Below, piece by piece: positions 26,234 through 36,478 of a DNA stretch of 64,000 nucleotides. The notes beneath the pieces are model-generated. The model did no database searches and had not been told where the DNA came from. It saw nothing but the letters and a program-made list of their open reading frames with translations. The stretch is from an uncultured Candidatus Saccharibacteria bacterium. GTDB taxonomy: Bacteria; Patescibacteriota; Saccharimonadia; Saccharimonadales; JAGQNJ01. The stretch's first letter is position 1. The number at the start of each line of letters is the position of its first letter. Location: the NCBI GenBank assembly GCA_964584895.1, contig CAZPAW010000001.1, positions 37,936-101,935 on the forward strand, written 5' to 3'. A program made the translations under genes and the position numbers.

Positions 26234-27351
26234 TTTATATAATCGTGAAGTTTGCGACTATCTTTATGTTTTCGTAGTTTTGCTAGCGCCTTTGCCTCGA
26301 TCTGTCTGATGCGCTCACGGGTTACGTTAAATTCTTGGCCAACTTCCTCTAAAGTATGGCTTCGTCCATCTTCTAGACCAAAACGTAGTTTTAGTATTTT
26401 TTGCTCTCTATCAGATAGTGCACTTAGCATAATTTTTACATGTTCTTTAAGTAGCGAACCAGTAGCAGATTCTTCTGGTGTTACCGTATCTTCATCCTCA
26501 ATAAAGTCACCAAGCACGCTATCTTCTTCATCCTCACGCACACTAGCATCAAGGCTAGAAATATCTTGCTTAATCTTCATAATGTGTTCGACTTTTTCAA
26601 CGTCAATTTCCATCTCTTTGGCAATTTCTTCATTTGTCGGCTCACGGTTAAGTTCTTGAGTTAGACGACGTTGAGTCCTGAGCAATTTATTTATTGTCTC
26701 CACCATGTGTACGGGGATTCTAATCGTCCGAGCTTGGTCGGCAATCGCCCGAGTTATGGCTTGCCTAATCCACCAAGTTGCATAGGTACTAAATTTGAAG
26801 CCCTTATCTGGATCAAATTTTTCTACAGCACGCAGTAATCCGGTATTGCCTTCTTGAATCAGGTCAAGCAAATCCAATCCTCGCCCAACATATCGTTTAG
26901 CAATCGACACAACCAGACGCATATTGGCCTCGGCCATTTTGTCCTTTGCGCCTTTTTTACCATTGACCACTTCATAGGCTAATTTTAGCTCTTCATCGGG
27001 TTTAAGTAGTGGTATCTTACCAATTTCTCGAAGGTATAATCTAACCGAGTCGTCAGCAATATCGTCAAGAAATACTTTGTCCTCGACTTTAATCTTCTCT
27101 TCTTCGTCCTCTACCCATTCGTCGGTAAAATCCTCAACATTAGGTTCTGTTGCTTCAATTATTTCAATCTCGGCTTTATCAAGCTCTTTGTAAAACTTTT
27201 CTAAAGTTACAATATTCTCTGGTGTGTCCGGAATCAGCTTAAAAATCTCACGTTGTTCGAGTTTGTTTTCTTCTTTATTCGCTCTTTTAATCAGCTTCTT
27301 TTTTGCTGACTCAATCTCTTTTACGGTCAGCTTCTTTTTTTTATTCACCAT
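26230..27351 (-). CDS. rpoD: Primary RNA polymerase sigma factor
   Basis: Region 2 [17 protein letters not shown]; region 4 [24 protein letters not shown]. Confidence 0.95.
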   Translation of the reverse strand: MVNKKKKLTVKEIESAKKKLIKRANKEENKLEQREIFKLIPDTPENIVTLEKFYKELDKAEIEIIEATEPNVEDFTDEWVEDEEEKIKVEDKVFLDDIADDSVRLYLREIGKIPLLKPDEELKLAYEVVNGKKGAKDKMAEANMRLVVSIAKRYVGRGLDLLDLIQEGNTGLLRAVEKFDPDKGFKFSTYATWWIRQAITRAIADQARTIRIPVHMVETINKLLRTQRRLTQELNREPTNEEIAKEMEIDVEKVEHIMKIKQDISSLDASVREDEEDSVLGDFIEDEDTVTPEESATGSLLKEHVKIMLSALSDREQKILKLRFGLEDGRSHTLEEVGQEFNVTRERIRQIEAKALAKLRKHKDSRKLHDYIK

Positions 27352-27359
27352 ATGATAAA

Positions 27360-29096
27360 TTATCCCCTTGTGCGCTTTAACATTTGATTAAGTTCTTGAT
27401 CTCTCTCAATTAGTTTGTTTTGTTCGGACTCATCCGCTTCTCGCATTTGTTGCGCAAGAATCTGTTTTTGATTTTTTACGTAATTCTCTATCACATGGAC
27501 CTGCAACCGAGCGGCTTCGTATTGAAGCTCTACAAACTCGAGGTTGGAATAGAGTTCCTCATAAAGTACTTCAAGGATTTTACCATAATCATCGTTTTCT
27601 CGCAACCGCTCTGCCGATCTATCGCTACCCAATAGACGGGCATAAAAAACCCGTGCAGACTCACTGCTAAACATATCTACGCTAAGTCTTTCTAGCAACT
27701 TACGAAGGTCGACATGTTTTAGGCATAACGCCAATAGTTGATTTTGTGATTTAGTATTATCTGCTTGTTGTGAGCTGACTTTTTGAACTTCAACTTTTTT
27801 GTAACGGACAGATTTGTCCAAATCATTTTTTGTATGCGTAAATTTTTTGTTCAGTGCACTTTTATCGACTTGAACAATTTCTGCAAGTCGGGTCAGATAG
27901 TGGTCTTGTTCTACCGAATCAGTTAATTGATGAATCACCGGCAAAACTGCATCGGTGATAGCCTTTTTGCCACGGGCAGTTGATGGGTCGTTTTTTGTTT
28001 TATACTGACTAATTAACCAATCAAGCGCATAATCGTAAGAATTAATCACTTCACGCCAAATTTTTGGATCCTTTTTTATTAACTCGTCAGGATCTTTCCC
28101 TTCAGGAATAGTTATAATACTCAGATTAATATTAGTTTTACTGGCTAACGGTATCACGCGCTCCATCGCATTTATCCCAGCACTGTCTTGATCAAATGCT
28201 AGTCGTACATCATCAGTAAACCTTGCAAGCTCTTTCAAATGCATTTCCGTCATTGCCGTGCCAGCACTAGCCACCACATTTGCTATCCCAGCCTGATGCG
28301 AGGCAATCACGTCTAAATTTCCTTCTGCTACCACTACAAAACCATCAGCTCTAATTTGATCTTTAGCAAGATGTAGCCCAAAAACATTCCGTCCTTTGTC
28401 ATACAATATTGTCTGAGGAGTATTGATATACTTTGGTCCAGTGTCATTATCCGCCAATAATCTGGCAGTAAAGCCAATAACTCGCCCCTGCCCATCACAC
28501 AGTGGCACCATAATTCGACCACGAAACATATCAGATATCTTGTTGTATCTATCCGTAGCAAGGCCTGCACTGACTATTTCTTTATCACTAAAATTTTTAC
28601 CTCGCAAGTATTTAGTTAACGCATCGCCCGTGTTAGGAGAATAGCCAATTTTAAACTTTAGAGCCGTTTCTTTAGTGTAGGCTCGTTTTTTTAATATGTA
28701 TTCTAGTGCTGTTTTATTTTTAGAAAACTGTAATTGATAGAATTTTGTCGCAGTTTCCAAACATTTATATAGTCTATCTTTTTGTTTAGTCCGATCTGCA
28801 TAACCTCCACTGCGATATTTACTAAGATCAACTCCTGCTTTGCGTGCTAAGATTTCCAGTGCGCCCTTAAAATCGACACCCTCCATCTCCATAACAAAGC
28901 TAAACATATTACCACCTTTGCCACTACTAAAGTCGTGCCAAATTTGTTTCTCTGGGCTTACCATAAAACTAGCGGTTTTTTCATTACTAAAAGGGCTAAG
29001 GCCTTTTAGATTCCGCCCAGCCCGTTTAAGCTCGATATATTCCCCAATAACATCTTCAACACCCAAGCGTTGCTTGATATCCTCTACTGCATCCAT
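27360..29096 (-). CDS. dnaG: DNA primase with all four canonical zinc ligands substituted
   Basis: [30 protein letters not shown] aligns to CPFHNEKTPSF...HCFGCG. The TOPRIM region [11 protein letters not shown] is present. Confidence 0.9.
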   Translation of the reverse strand: MDAVEDIKQRLGVEDVIGEYIELKRAGRNLKGLSPFSNEKTASFMVSPEKQIWHDFSSGKGGNMFSFVMEMEGVDFKGALEILARKAGVDLSKYRSGGYADRTKQKDRLYKCLETATKFYQLQFSKNKTALEYILKKRAYTKETALKFKIGYSPNTGDALTKYLRGKNFSDKEIVSAGLATDRYNKISDMFRGRIMVPLCDGQGRVIGFTARLLADNDTGPKYINTPQTILYDKGRNVFGLHLAKDQIRADGFVVVAEGNLDVIASHQAGIANVVASAGTAMTEMHLKELARFTDDVRLAFDQDSAGINAMERVIPLASKTNINLSIITIPEGKDPDELIKKDPKIWREVINSYDYALDWLISQYKTKNDPSTARGKKAITDAVLPVIHQLTDSVEQDHYLTRLAEIVQVDKSALNKKFTHTKNDLDKSVRYKKVEVQKVSSQQADNTKSQNQLLALCLKHVDLRKLLERLSVDMFSSESARVFYARLLGSDRSAERLRENDDYGKILEVLYEELYSNLEFVELQYEAARLQVHVIENYVKNQKQILAQQMREADESEQNKLIERDQELNQMLKRTRG

Positions 29097-29179
29097 GTAT
29101 ATAGCTTATAGCTAATAGTAGAAAGCTGAAAGCAAAAGCTTAATATCTTACCGAAAGAATAATAGATTGCGTTTTTTGA

Positions 29180-29908
29180 TTAATGCCCGCCACGACTAAT
29201 CGATGCCGATATAGAAGACACAACAGCTCCTCGACCTCGCCTACCCCCTGCACCCAAATTACTGAATGGTTTTTCACGCTTTGCAAGCATAGTCTGTTCT
29301 TGATATCCAGGCGTATTGGTTTCTTTTCTAAGCTTTTCTGCTTTTCTACTTGCTCTCCACAAAGATAGTTTATTAACGCCTAGCTTTACCTGTCCTGCAA
29401 TCACTTTTTCCCTCGCCCAACTAGGCATATCGCGGTAGAGTGCGGACATTAACACAGATTGGGGTAATCTCTGGTTCTCGCCGGCAGCAACAGCATTCTG
29501 CCAAGATGGATGTGTAACTGCTGCTTCTAATAAATCTGGTGATAATGTTTCACCCGCTTTACTAGCACGCATCAAATCTGACTCAAGTCTTGCGCCTACA
29601 CTACCCCAATGCGCCGGAACAACACCGCTAAAATGTTCCAGCCAGCCGGTTGCCCACTCACGATCAAATTGTGTTGCCCTAGCATTAATCTCTCTTTCAG
29701 CAACATTTTGGGTTGGACCATCACGATGTTCAGCAAGCAAAGACAATTGCTGGTTTATAGTTTCTGGACTGGAATGAAATACGCCATCTTTGAATAAATC
29801 TTGCTCAACCGTACCGCTCCGTTGTTCAGGCATCTCAATACGATCAACCGTTGCGACTGTATTAAGCGCTTCATGTCCCGCTACAACATTTGGCATTTTT
29901 TCACTCAT
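29180..29908 (-). CDS. Orphan protein (242 aa), second gene of a bicistron
   Basis: ORF; G+C-richer than its neighbours in my spot count; Gly/Arg-rich C-terminus. Confidence 0.6.
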   Translation of the reverse strand: MSEKMPNVVAGHEALNTVATVDRIEMPEQRSGTVEQDLFKDGVFHSSPETINQQLSLLAEHRDGPTQNVAEREINARATQFDREWATGWLEHFSGVVPAHWGSVGARLESDLMRASKAGETLSPDLLEAAVTHPSWQNAVAAGENQRLPQSVLMSALYRDMPSWAREKVIAGQVKLGVNKLSLWRASRKAEKLRKETNTPGYQEQTMLAKREKPFSNLGAGGRRGRGAVVSSISASISRGGH

Positions 29909-29920
29909 TTTTATATCTTT

Positions 29921-30289
29921 TTAATTATTTTCGTTAGGTAGTCTTATTTCTGGCGATCTCAGATCAGGTTGCACATTATTTGTACGAATTGGATATTGTC
30001 TAGGATTTGTTGGCTTTTTTTGACCATTAATCTGTTCATACGGAGAAAACTCTGTACCTTTAGGATTTTTGCTCTCATCTTCTGGGGGATCAATAGTCCT
30101 ATCACGATTCACTGGTAAACGATCTTGCTCTTGTTGTTTACTAGATCCATGCTGGTGGTCACCTTCTAATCCAACTGCAAATCCTTCAGTCACTTCACCA
30201 GGAATAATAAATGCCGGTTGTTCAGGGTGCCGTGGCGCGCTAGGATCAACATCAGGATGTACTTGTAGTTGTGGGGCCTGTTCACTCAT
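29921..30289 (-). CDS. Orphan Pro/Gln-rich protein starting MSEQAPQ
   Basis: ORF behind promoter P1; shares its first 7 residues with 63131-63547. Confidence 0.6.
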   Translation of the reverse strand: MSEQAPQLQVHPDVDPSAPRHPEQPAFIIPGEVTEGFAVGLEGDHQHGSSKQQEQDRLPVNRDRTIDPPEDESKNPKGTEFSPYEQINGQKKPTNPRQYPIRTNNVQPDLRSPEIRLPNENN

Positions 30290-30342
30290 TTTTTTGATTC
30301 TTTTTTCTTTATTTTTTAAATAGACATTTTAGTCTTTATTAC

Positions 30343-30371
30343 ATACTAGCATAAGCATGTGAATTTGTCAA
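30343..30371 (-). promoter_or_regulatory. Promoter P1: TTGACA-N17(..gcttatgc)-TAGTAT, then N6-AAGACTaaaatGTCT
   Basis: Read directly on the minus strand. Confidence 0.7.
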
Positions 30372-30413
30372 TAATATTATTACTTATTAGTGGCTGTAGG
30401 TTAATGATTAAAG

Positions 30414-30971
30414 TTAAGGGGTTTGACTTAAATCAATAATGTCTTGTGCAGTGTTGACGCCTATACCCTGAGGATTGCCCTTTGTATATAACGTGACGTG
30501 TGGAGGTTGTTCTTCTAAAGCAAGCCCAGTTAGTTCGTTTAGCTGAGCGATAAAACCGCCAGCACCTGGCGTTTCTACCATTTCAATAATCGACTCTCTG
30601 GGCTCGTCCTCACCCTCGTATTGTTTTCTCAGTCTATAACGCTCCCCAGTTGGCTGAGCACCCCATTCGGTTGTCTCTGCAAGTTCTGCTATTTGGTCTG
30701 CAAGTTCTGGCCTAGCCTTAATTGCCTTTTTTATCTGCCTTCCTTGTTTAAAGCCGATGACCGTCTGATGTAGCTCTACTTTTGGCTGAAAGCCTTCTGC
30801 TGCGAGTTGCGCTGCTTCGTCAGAATCAATAAGCGTTTCGTCGCGAATATCTAAAAGTATTGTGCCAGTTTTTGCATCAAAGCGAGGTGTGGCACGTTCT
30901 TTTGTTTCGTCTACGGCAGCGCTGGCATCTAGAGCTTCTGTTTGATTTGGTAGTTTTGTTTCAATGCTCAT
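30414..30971 (-). CDS. Orphan protein with two H-x-T-x motifs (possible 2H phosphoesterase fold)
   Basis: ELHQTVIG and PPHVTLYT lie about 105 residues apart. Confidence 0.5.
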   Translation of the reverse strand: MSIETKLPNQTEALDASAAVDETKERATPRFDAKTGTILLDIRDETLIDSDEAAQLAAEGFQPKVELHQTVIGFKQGRQIKKAIKARPELADQIAELAETTEWGAQPTGERYRLRKQYEGEDEPRESIIEMVETPGAGGFIAQLNELTGLALEEQPPHVTLYTKGNPQGIGVNTAQDIIDLSQTP

Positions 30972-31010
30972 TTTTGATTATTTCTAAGGAAAAAAATTAA
31001 TCTTAATTAG

Positions 31011-31039
31011 ATATTAGCATAAGCTTGTTATATTGTCAA
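31011..31039 (-). promoter_or_regulatory. Promoter P2: TTGACA-atataacaagcttatgc-TAATAT
   Basis: Read directly. Confidence 0.7.
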
Positions 31040-31258
31040 TATATATTTATGGAAGTTTGCTTTTTAGGCTTAAGTATTATTTTGATAGAAAATGTTTTGT
31101 CGTGTGTAATCACAAAGTCACATAGCTAATATAGTAACCTTACTGCCCAGTCGAGAATTCTATGATCAGTTACCTCAGCAATTAGTTTGTTGTTGTGTAG
31201 CTTTATGTGAATACTAATAGATAGAGTTTTATATGATTAGCTCGTTCTACTTAACCTA

Positions 31259-31828
31259 CTATACTTCAGCCTGCTTTTCGCGTGCTGCAATCTCTTGACG
31301 AGTCTGACGGGCCATTAACGTCGCCACCTTTAAAGATTCATTTTGTGTCATTGGAATATCTGACCGTTCTAAATCAGGTTCACTACTCTTAGCACCCTCT
31401 ACTTCACCATGCATCACTTCACCAGAAACGGGATCTTTAATAGTTTTGACGCGCACTTCTTTCACTCTCTCTTTTCCTGCAAAAGGATATTCTTGTCTCT
31501 TTTCAAGCTTAGTAACTTGTAGCGTAGGATCCTCGCTTTCCTTTCTTGTTTCAAAGTATCTGCTTACAAACGGAGACCAACTAGCTGTAGATCCTCTGTT
31601 TTCATGAATAACCATCGAATTCGGCGATCCAGCACTTCTAATGCTGTCCCCTTGAGTATTCGCTTGCTTGATCACGCCACCGGACCTTACTGCGCGCCGT
31701 GCTAGAGCCCCTGCAACCCGCTCAAGTTGTACTGCAGCTTGTTGAGGTGTCCTTTCTTTATTCTCAACTAATTTCATTCTTTGAGTTAGTGTTCTCTCTG
31801 TTCGATCTAGTAATTCTCGTTCGTTCAT
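31259..31828 (-). CDS. Orphan protein (189 aa)
   Basis: ORF behind promoter P3. Confidence 0.6.
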   Translation of the reverse strand: MNERELLDRTERTLTQRMKLVENKERTPQQAAVQLERVAGALARRAVRSGGVIKQANTQGDSIRSAGSPNSMVIHENRGSTASWSPFVSRYFETRKESEDPTLQVTKLEKRQEYPFAGKERVKEVRVKTIKDPVSGEVMHGEVEGAKSSEPDLERSDIPMTQNESLKVATLMARQTRQEIAAREKQAEV

Positions 31829-31867
31829 AATTTTTTCCTTGTTTTTGTTTGATTAACGTCTGCAGAC

Positions 31868-31896
31868 ATATTAGCATAAGCTTGATTGTTTGTCAA
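31868..31896 (-). promoter_or_regulatory. Promoter P3: TTGACA-aacaatcaagcttatgc-TAATAT
   Basis: Read directly. Confidence 0.7.
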
Positions 31897-31957
31897 TATT
31901 CATTGAATACGGTTAACCCCTAGTAAGAAGTATGTTGTTTATGCTTAAATATAGCTC

Positions 31958-32608
31958 ATGGATCCAAACCAACAGCCCGTTCAACCACCAGAGCCCATTC
32001 AGTCGCCTCCACCCAGTCAACCACTGAATACTAATCAGTATGATTTTATTAATAATCCACAGCCTTCAGGGTCTAAATTTAGTAAATTTTCTTTCAGTGG
32101 CGGTAGCAAATTAAAAACTATTGCAATCGGACTAGGTATCTTCACTATATTAGTTTTGATATTTAGTTTAATTTTTGGCGGTAGAGGTGGTGGAGACAAT
32201 GAAACATTATTGTTGGTAGCAAAAAAGCAAAGCCAACTAATTGCCCTAGCAACCGTCGGAACGGACAAAAGCGGGAGTACAGATGCGCAGAATCTAGCGC
32301 AAAGCACATTAGTTACTATTACTTCTGATCAGAATCAAACGATTGCGATTATCGCAAAGAATGGAGAAAAACTTAAATCTAAAGATTATGTATCGCCTAT
32401 AGATGGCACGGTAAGCACTGAACTAACTCAAGCAGAAACCAATGGTCGATTTGATGAAGTCTTTATTAATAACACTCAGATTGCATTAGAAGAATACCAA
32501 TCATCGCTCAAAAAAGCTCTGCCTTTAATTAACGGTCCGATCGCAAAACAATCAATCCAAAAATACTATGAAAATGCAGGTCTACTAATAGAGAGTATTC
32601 AACGATAA
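31958..32608 (+). CDS. Single-pass membrane protein with a Pro/Gln-rich cytoplasmic N-terminus
   Basis: MDPNQQPVQPPEPIQSPPPSQP..., then TM helix IAIGLGIFTILVLIFSLIF. Confidence 0.55.
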   Translation: MDPNQQPVQPPEPIQSPPPSQPLNTNQYDFINNPQPSGSKFSKFSFSGGSKLKTIAIGLGIFTILVLIFSLIFGGRGGGDNETLLLVAKKQSQLIALATVGTDKSGSTDAQNLAQSTLVTITSDQNQTIAIIAKNGEKLKSKDYVSPIDGTVSTELTQAETNGRFDEVFINNTQIALEEYQSSLKKALPLINGPIAKQSIQKYYENAGLLIESIQR

Positions 32609-32621
32609 TTTTTACGTAATT

Positions 32622-32996
32622 TTACATATTGGGAATAATTGAATCTGTTTTTAAAACAAGTTCATAAGAGTGTCGGACGAGCCCCTTTATATCGTCATCC
32701 GATAACTGCCCAGACAGAATAATAGTATTCCAATGTCTTTTATTGAGATGATAGCCCGGCATAACCGACTCGTACTTTTCACGAAGATGAGTTGCAAGCG
32801 TTGGATCACACTTTAGGCTAACCTTTAATGGGTCAGCATTTTCTGGGACCAAGGCAAACATTTTACCGTCTTTTTTTGACCCAATTTTATAAACCGCTAC
32901 ATCCTTACCAAAAGGATAGTCTAGCCAAGCATTAGGCATCGACAAAATAATCTGTTCTATTTGATTATGGTTCATAATCCCATAATTATATAACAA
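32622..32996 (-). CDS. MmcQ/YjbR family protein
   Basis: LDYPFGKDVAVYKIG...KMFALV...LKCDP...PGYHLNKRHWNTI. Confidence 0.75.
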   Translation of the reverse strand: MLYNYGIMNHNQIEQIILSMPNAWLDYPFGKDVAVYKIGSKKDGKMFALVPENADPLKVSLKCDPTLATHLREKYESVMPGYHLNKRHWNTIILSGQLSDDDIKGLVRHSYELVLKTDSIIPNM

Positions 32997-33033
32997 TAAT
33001 AGTTATAAAAAGATCTGGTTAAAAATGTAGCTT

Positions 33034-33543
33034 CTATTTTGGCAAATAACCTTTTTTTATGGCATCGCGTATAGTTTTGCTCTCTCTAGTTGGTAAATTT
33101 CGTGAAAAGAAATTTTTAACTGTATCGAGTCTTGAAGCACCTAGGCGACTTCTATATCCATACCGAAAAACAGCCATTGCACCCAAAGAGCCTAGTACTG
33201 GTTCTCGAGCATCAGGATGCTCTAAATCTATTGGGCTTACCTCTCTTTTTTCGCCGATTGAATGTGGCGCTTTTCTGCCAGATACAGTTGAGAAATGTTG
33301 TGTAATATCGGATGGTGTTAATGATTCAGGCCTAACCTCGCCCTCAAGACCCAGTCTTGCCATATACTTAATTCGTGAATCATTATCCGCAAACAAGCCT
33401 AGTACTTCAGTAGTTCTACGGGCAAATTCCCGATTTCGCTCTTCAGGGGAACCTCTACCGTGCACAGACCCAGGTATATGCGGTGGTGTGTAGACTACAT
33501 CTGGACCATGTTCAGGATGTCGTATAGTTTTTGGTGTTGTCAT
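33034..33543 (-). CDS. Orphan protein (169 aa)
   Basis: ORF behind promoter P4; the shadow ORF 33059-33493 is rejected. Confidence 0.55.
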   Translation of the reverse strand: MTTPKTIRHPEHGPDVVYTPPHIPGSVHGRGSPEERNREFARRTTEVLGLFADNDSRIKYMARLGLEGEVRPESLTPSDITQHFSTVSGRKAPHSIGEKREVSPIDLEHPDAREPVLGSLGAMAVFRYGYRSRLGASRLDTVKNFFSRNLPTRESKTIRDAIKKGYLPK

Positions 33544-33589
33544 AATTTTGCCCTTTATTTTTATAGCGACTTTTCTAAGTCTTACAAAG

Positions 33590-33618
33590 ATAATACATCA
33601 TGCTTGTGGTTTTGTCAA
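33590..33618 (-). promoter_or_regulatory. Promoter P4: TTGACA-aaaccacaagcatgatg-TATTAT, then N6-AAGACTTagaaAAGTC
   Basis: Read directly. Confidence 0.65.
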
Positions 33619-33651
33619 GCTTAGTTTTATCAAATATATTATTTTAGTCTA

Positions 33652-34209
33652 TTATGATGGATGTTTTTTGAACCAGTCTAGGTAGTACTGGAGTTCGGCA
33701 ATAGAACCTTGAATGTCTTCAAAAGCACGGTGTACTTCTGGTTTTTTGAACTCTTTTCCGAATTTGCCATGCATCACGATCTTCCAGGCACTGACATCCA
33801 ACATACGGTAGTGTAGTTTTAGATCTAGTGCCGGCATCCACTGAGTAATAAATTTACGGTCATTGTAAATAGAGTTGCCGGCCAAAATTGCTGTTTCTTT
33901 GCCAAAAGTTTGATCCATAATCGCCAGTAATTCTTGTTCTACTACGAGGATTGGTTTACCGCTATCTAGATTATTGACGAACGAATCGCGATTTGTTGGA
34001 TAGCTTTGCCACCAATTGTTGGCCTGCATACGCTTAACAACAAGAGCTTTAGGCTGTTTTACTCTTGCCTCATAACTGGCAAGGGTTTTAAAATCCATAT
34101 CTGTTATTTCGGCTGCAATTTCTAAAATTACATCTTTTTTGGGATCCAGCCCTGTCATTTCTAAATCTACCCATAGCAGTTTAGTCGGTCTGGCATTTTT
34201 ATCTTTCAT
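33652..34209 (-). CDS. orn: Oligoribonuclease
   Basis: LLWVDLEMTGLDPKKDVILEIA (DEDDh exo I) and C-terminal H-x4-D (HRAFEDI). Confidence 0.9.
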   Translation of the reverse strand: MKDKNARPTKLLWVDLEMTGLDPKKDVILEIAAEITDMDFKTLASYEARVKQPKALVVKRMQANNWWQSYPTNRDSFVNNLDSGKPILVVEQELLAIMDQTFGKETAILAGNSIYNDRKFITQWMPALDLKLHYRMLDVSAWKIVMHGKFGKEFKKPEVHRAFEDIQGSIAELQYYLDWFKKHPS

Positions 34210-34235
34210 TGCGGTTATTATATCCTTGTTTTACT

Positions 34236-35438
34236 TTATTGCCCAAGTTTTGCCGACGTTTGATCCCAATTAGTGCGTTCTTCGATTGCGGACTGAAGAG
34301 TTTTATCGCCTTTTTTAGTAATGTGAGTACTGTTATCTCCAGCAATAACATCAAATTTTAATTGATATTTAGGCTTTATGAGATTGGCACCTTGTTTCAA
34401 ACAATTATCATTATATGTTTGGCATGTTTTAGCTATATTCAGCCATTTTTGAAGGTTATCATCGTAGTTAACTGACATTCTAAGATCAACGCTTGCACTT
34501 CGCATACCTTCACTATCAATTTGGTCGAAAATAAAATTACCGGTTGAATAAAAAATTAGTTTGTTTTTGTATACTTCACTATTTTGCACCCAATGAGGGT
34601 TATTAGCTATCACAAAATCAGCCCCAGCATCAATTACTCGACGAGCTATATCTTGTTGAATCGGTGTAGCACTTGTTAGATATTCTTGGCCCATATGTAC
34701 AAACGCGAAAACTGGCATTAACTTCGCATATTTTTTTATGACGTCTATCTCTGTAGGTTCTGGAGTACGATAAAAATAATGCCAAGCGCAAAATGCTATA
34801 GGCAAAGATCCGGTTTTTTTCTGATTATCTGTCATTTTTAATCTAATCGGCAAAGCTACCACCTGGCAGGTATCATCGGTCATCGACGGATCATAATGAC
34901 CAAAGGTTTGAGCGCCTGCTTTTGTGATGACATCCTGTGTTTTTATATAACCATCTAAGCCCTGATCACTACTATGATTATTAGCTAGATTAATAATATT
35001 GAAATATTTAACTGCATCACTCAAAAATTCTGGTCGACAATTAAACTTTAGCTGATCTACTTGAACTTGATATGGAATATTAATATCAAGGACAGGACAC
35101 TCTAAATCAGCTACCCAAGCATCATACATATCTCTGTCAAACGATTTTAACTGACTAAAAGGATGGGTGTAATCATAAGATCCATCAGCCTTTTGTGACC
35201 ATTTTTCAATTGCCCTCCCCCAAAAAATCGTTCCATTAAATAAGTACCTACCATTTACTGACTGAACCTTAGGGTTATTTAACGCATTTTTTGCAGAATT
35301 AGATGATACGGGTGGCGCCGACTGCCTGTTAAAGAATAGCCAAAGACCTACCAACAAGACGACAAGAACTAGAAGAGATAATAATAAATACTTTAAGAAA
35401 CGGTTTGACTTCGACAATTTACCTGCTCGATATTTCAC
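34236..35438 (-). CDS. CapA-family (PGA_cap) metallophosphoesterase-like protein, membrane anchored
   Basis: N-terminal TM helix; LANNHSSDQGLDGY; FVHMGQEY; NPHWVQ. Confidence 0.75.
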   Translation of the reverse strand: MKYRAGKLSKSNRFLKYLLLSLLVLVVLLVGLWLFFNRQSAPPVSSNSAKNALNNPKVQSVNGRYLFNGTIFWGRAIEKWSQKADGSYDYTHPFSQLKSFDRDMYDAWVADLECPVLDINIPYQVQVDQLKFNCRPEFLSDAVKYFNIINLANNHSSDQGLDGYIKTQDVITKAGAQTFGHYDPSMTDDTCQVVALPIRLKMTDNQKKTGSLPIAFCAWHYFYRTPEPTEIDVIKKYAKLMPVFAFVHMGQEYLTSATPIQQDIARRVIDAGADFVIANNPHWVQNSEVYKNKLIFYSTGNFIFDQIDSEGMRSASVDLRMSVNYDDNLQKWLNIAKTCQTYNDNCLKQGANLIKPKYQLKFDVIAGDNSTHITKKGDKTLQSAIEERTNWDQTSAKLGQ

Positions 35439-35827
35439 TTCTGTTTACTGCCGGGCTTAAAATCAAGAGCGCACGAATTAATACAATACCGCTTTCCGGT
35501 CGGAGTTTGAGGCGCATCATCGAAAACGTGCCCAAGATGAGAACCACAATTTACACACGTTACTTCTACTCGATTAACTCCTAAACTCATATCATCTTCA
35601 AATTTTATATTTTTAGAATTAGCTACATCATAAAAACTCGGCCAGCCACTGCCAGAATCAAACTTTACTTTTGAATCGAATAGCTCAGCTCCACAAGCTG
35701 CACATAAATAACTGCCAGACTTACTATTATGAAGTAACTCACCGCTAAACGGTGGTTCTGTGGCTTTTTCTCTTAAAACCGCATACTGTTTTTTGGTCAG
35801 TCTGGCCTTAAATTCGTTCTCTATCAT
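35435..35827 (-). CDS. msrB: Peptide-methionine (R)-S-oxide reductase
   Basis: CAACGAELF...GWPSF...VTCVNCGSHLGHVF. Confidence 0.92.
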   Translation of the reverse strand: MIENEFKARLTKKQYAVLREKATEPPFSGELLHNSKSGSYLCAACGAELFDSKVKFDSGSGWPSFYDVANSKNIKFEDDMSLGVNRVEVTCVNCGSHLGHVFDDAPQTPTGKRYCINSCALDFKPGSKQK

Positions 35828-35937
35828 TATTAAAACATTATATTCACATTTTTAAGCTTTTTCTAAGTTTTTGAGCGTATCTTTATAGCTACTATTAATT
35901 AAATGTGCGCCTCACTGCGTACAGAAAGGATCATTAA

Positions 35938-36444
35938 ATGGCACTTAAAAGAAACTTAGTATTAGCAGCGTCAGTCGCCACAATCGGGATATCAACATTA
36001 GGGATTGGGGCGGTTTCGGCTGCGCAAAATCCATCAAAAGACAACCTTGTATCAAAGATAGCATCACGATTCAGTTTGAGCGAAGATGATGTCCAAAGCG
36101 TATTCGATGAATATCGAGCAGAGCACGAGCAAGAAAGAAAAGCAAAACTGGAGAATAGGCTAACAAAAGCAGTTCAAAACGGAAAATTATCTGAAGAACA
36201 AAAAAATCAAATTTTAGCCAAAATGGATGAGAATAAGGCGTTTTTTAAATCGCTGAAAGATATGTCTAAATCAGAAAGAAAAACTGCTTTAGAAAATCAC
36301 AGAAAAGAAATGAAAGCATGGGCAAAAGAAAACGAAATAGATAAAAAATGGGCACCACCAAAACACCGACGACATCATGGTCACGGGCACGGCGAACACA
36401 AACCAATCGATGAACCAGACGAACAATCAAGCACTGATAGTTAG
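35938..36444 (+). CDS. Secreted helical protein with a His-rich C-terminus (Spy/CpxP/ZraP-like role suspected)
   Basis: Signal-like N-terminus LVLAASVATIGISTLGIGAVSAA; charged helical repeats; KHRRHHGHGHGEHK. Confidence 0.55.
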   Translation: MALKRNLVLAASVATIGISTLGIGAVSAAQNPSKDNLVSKIASRFSLSEDDVQSVFDEYRAEHEQERKAKLENRLTKAVQNGKLSEEQKNQILAKMDENKAFFKSLKDMSKSERKTALENHRKEMKAWAKENEIDKKWAPPKHRRHHGHGHGEHKPIDEPDEQSSTDS

Positions 36445-36478
36445 TATAATCTAGACCTCCATCGTTTCTTCCAAGCAT

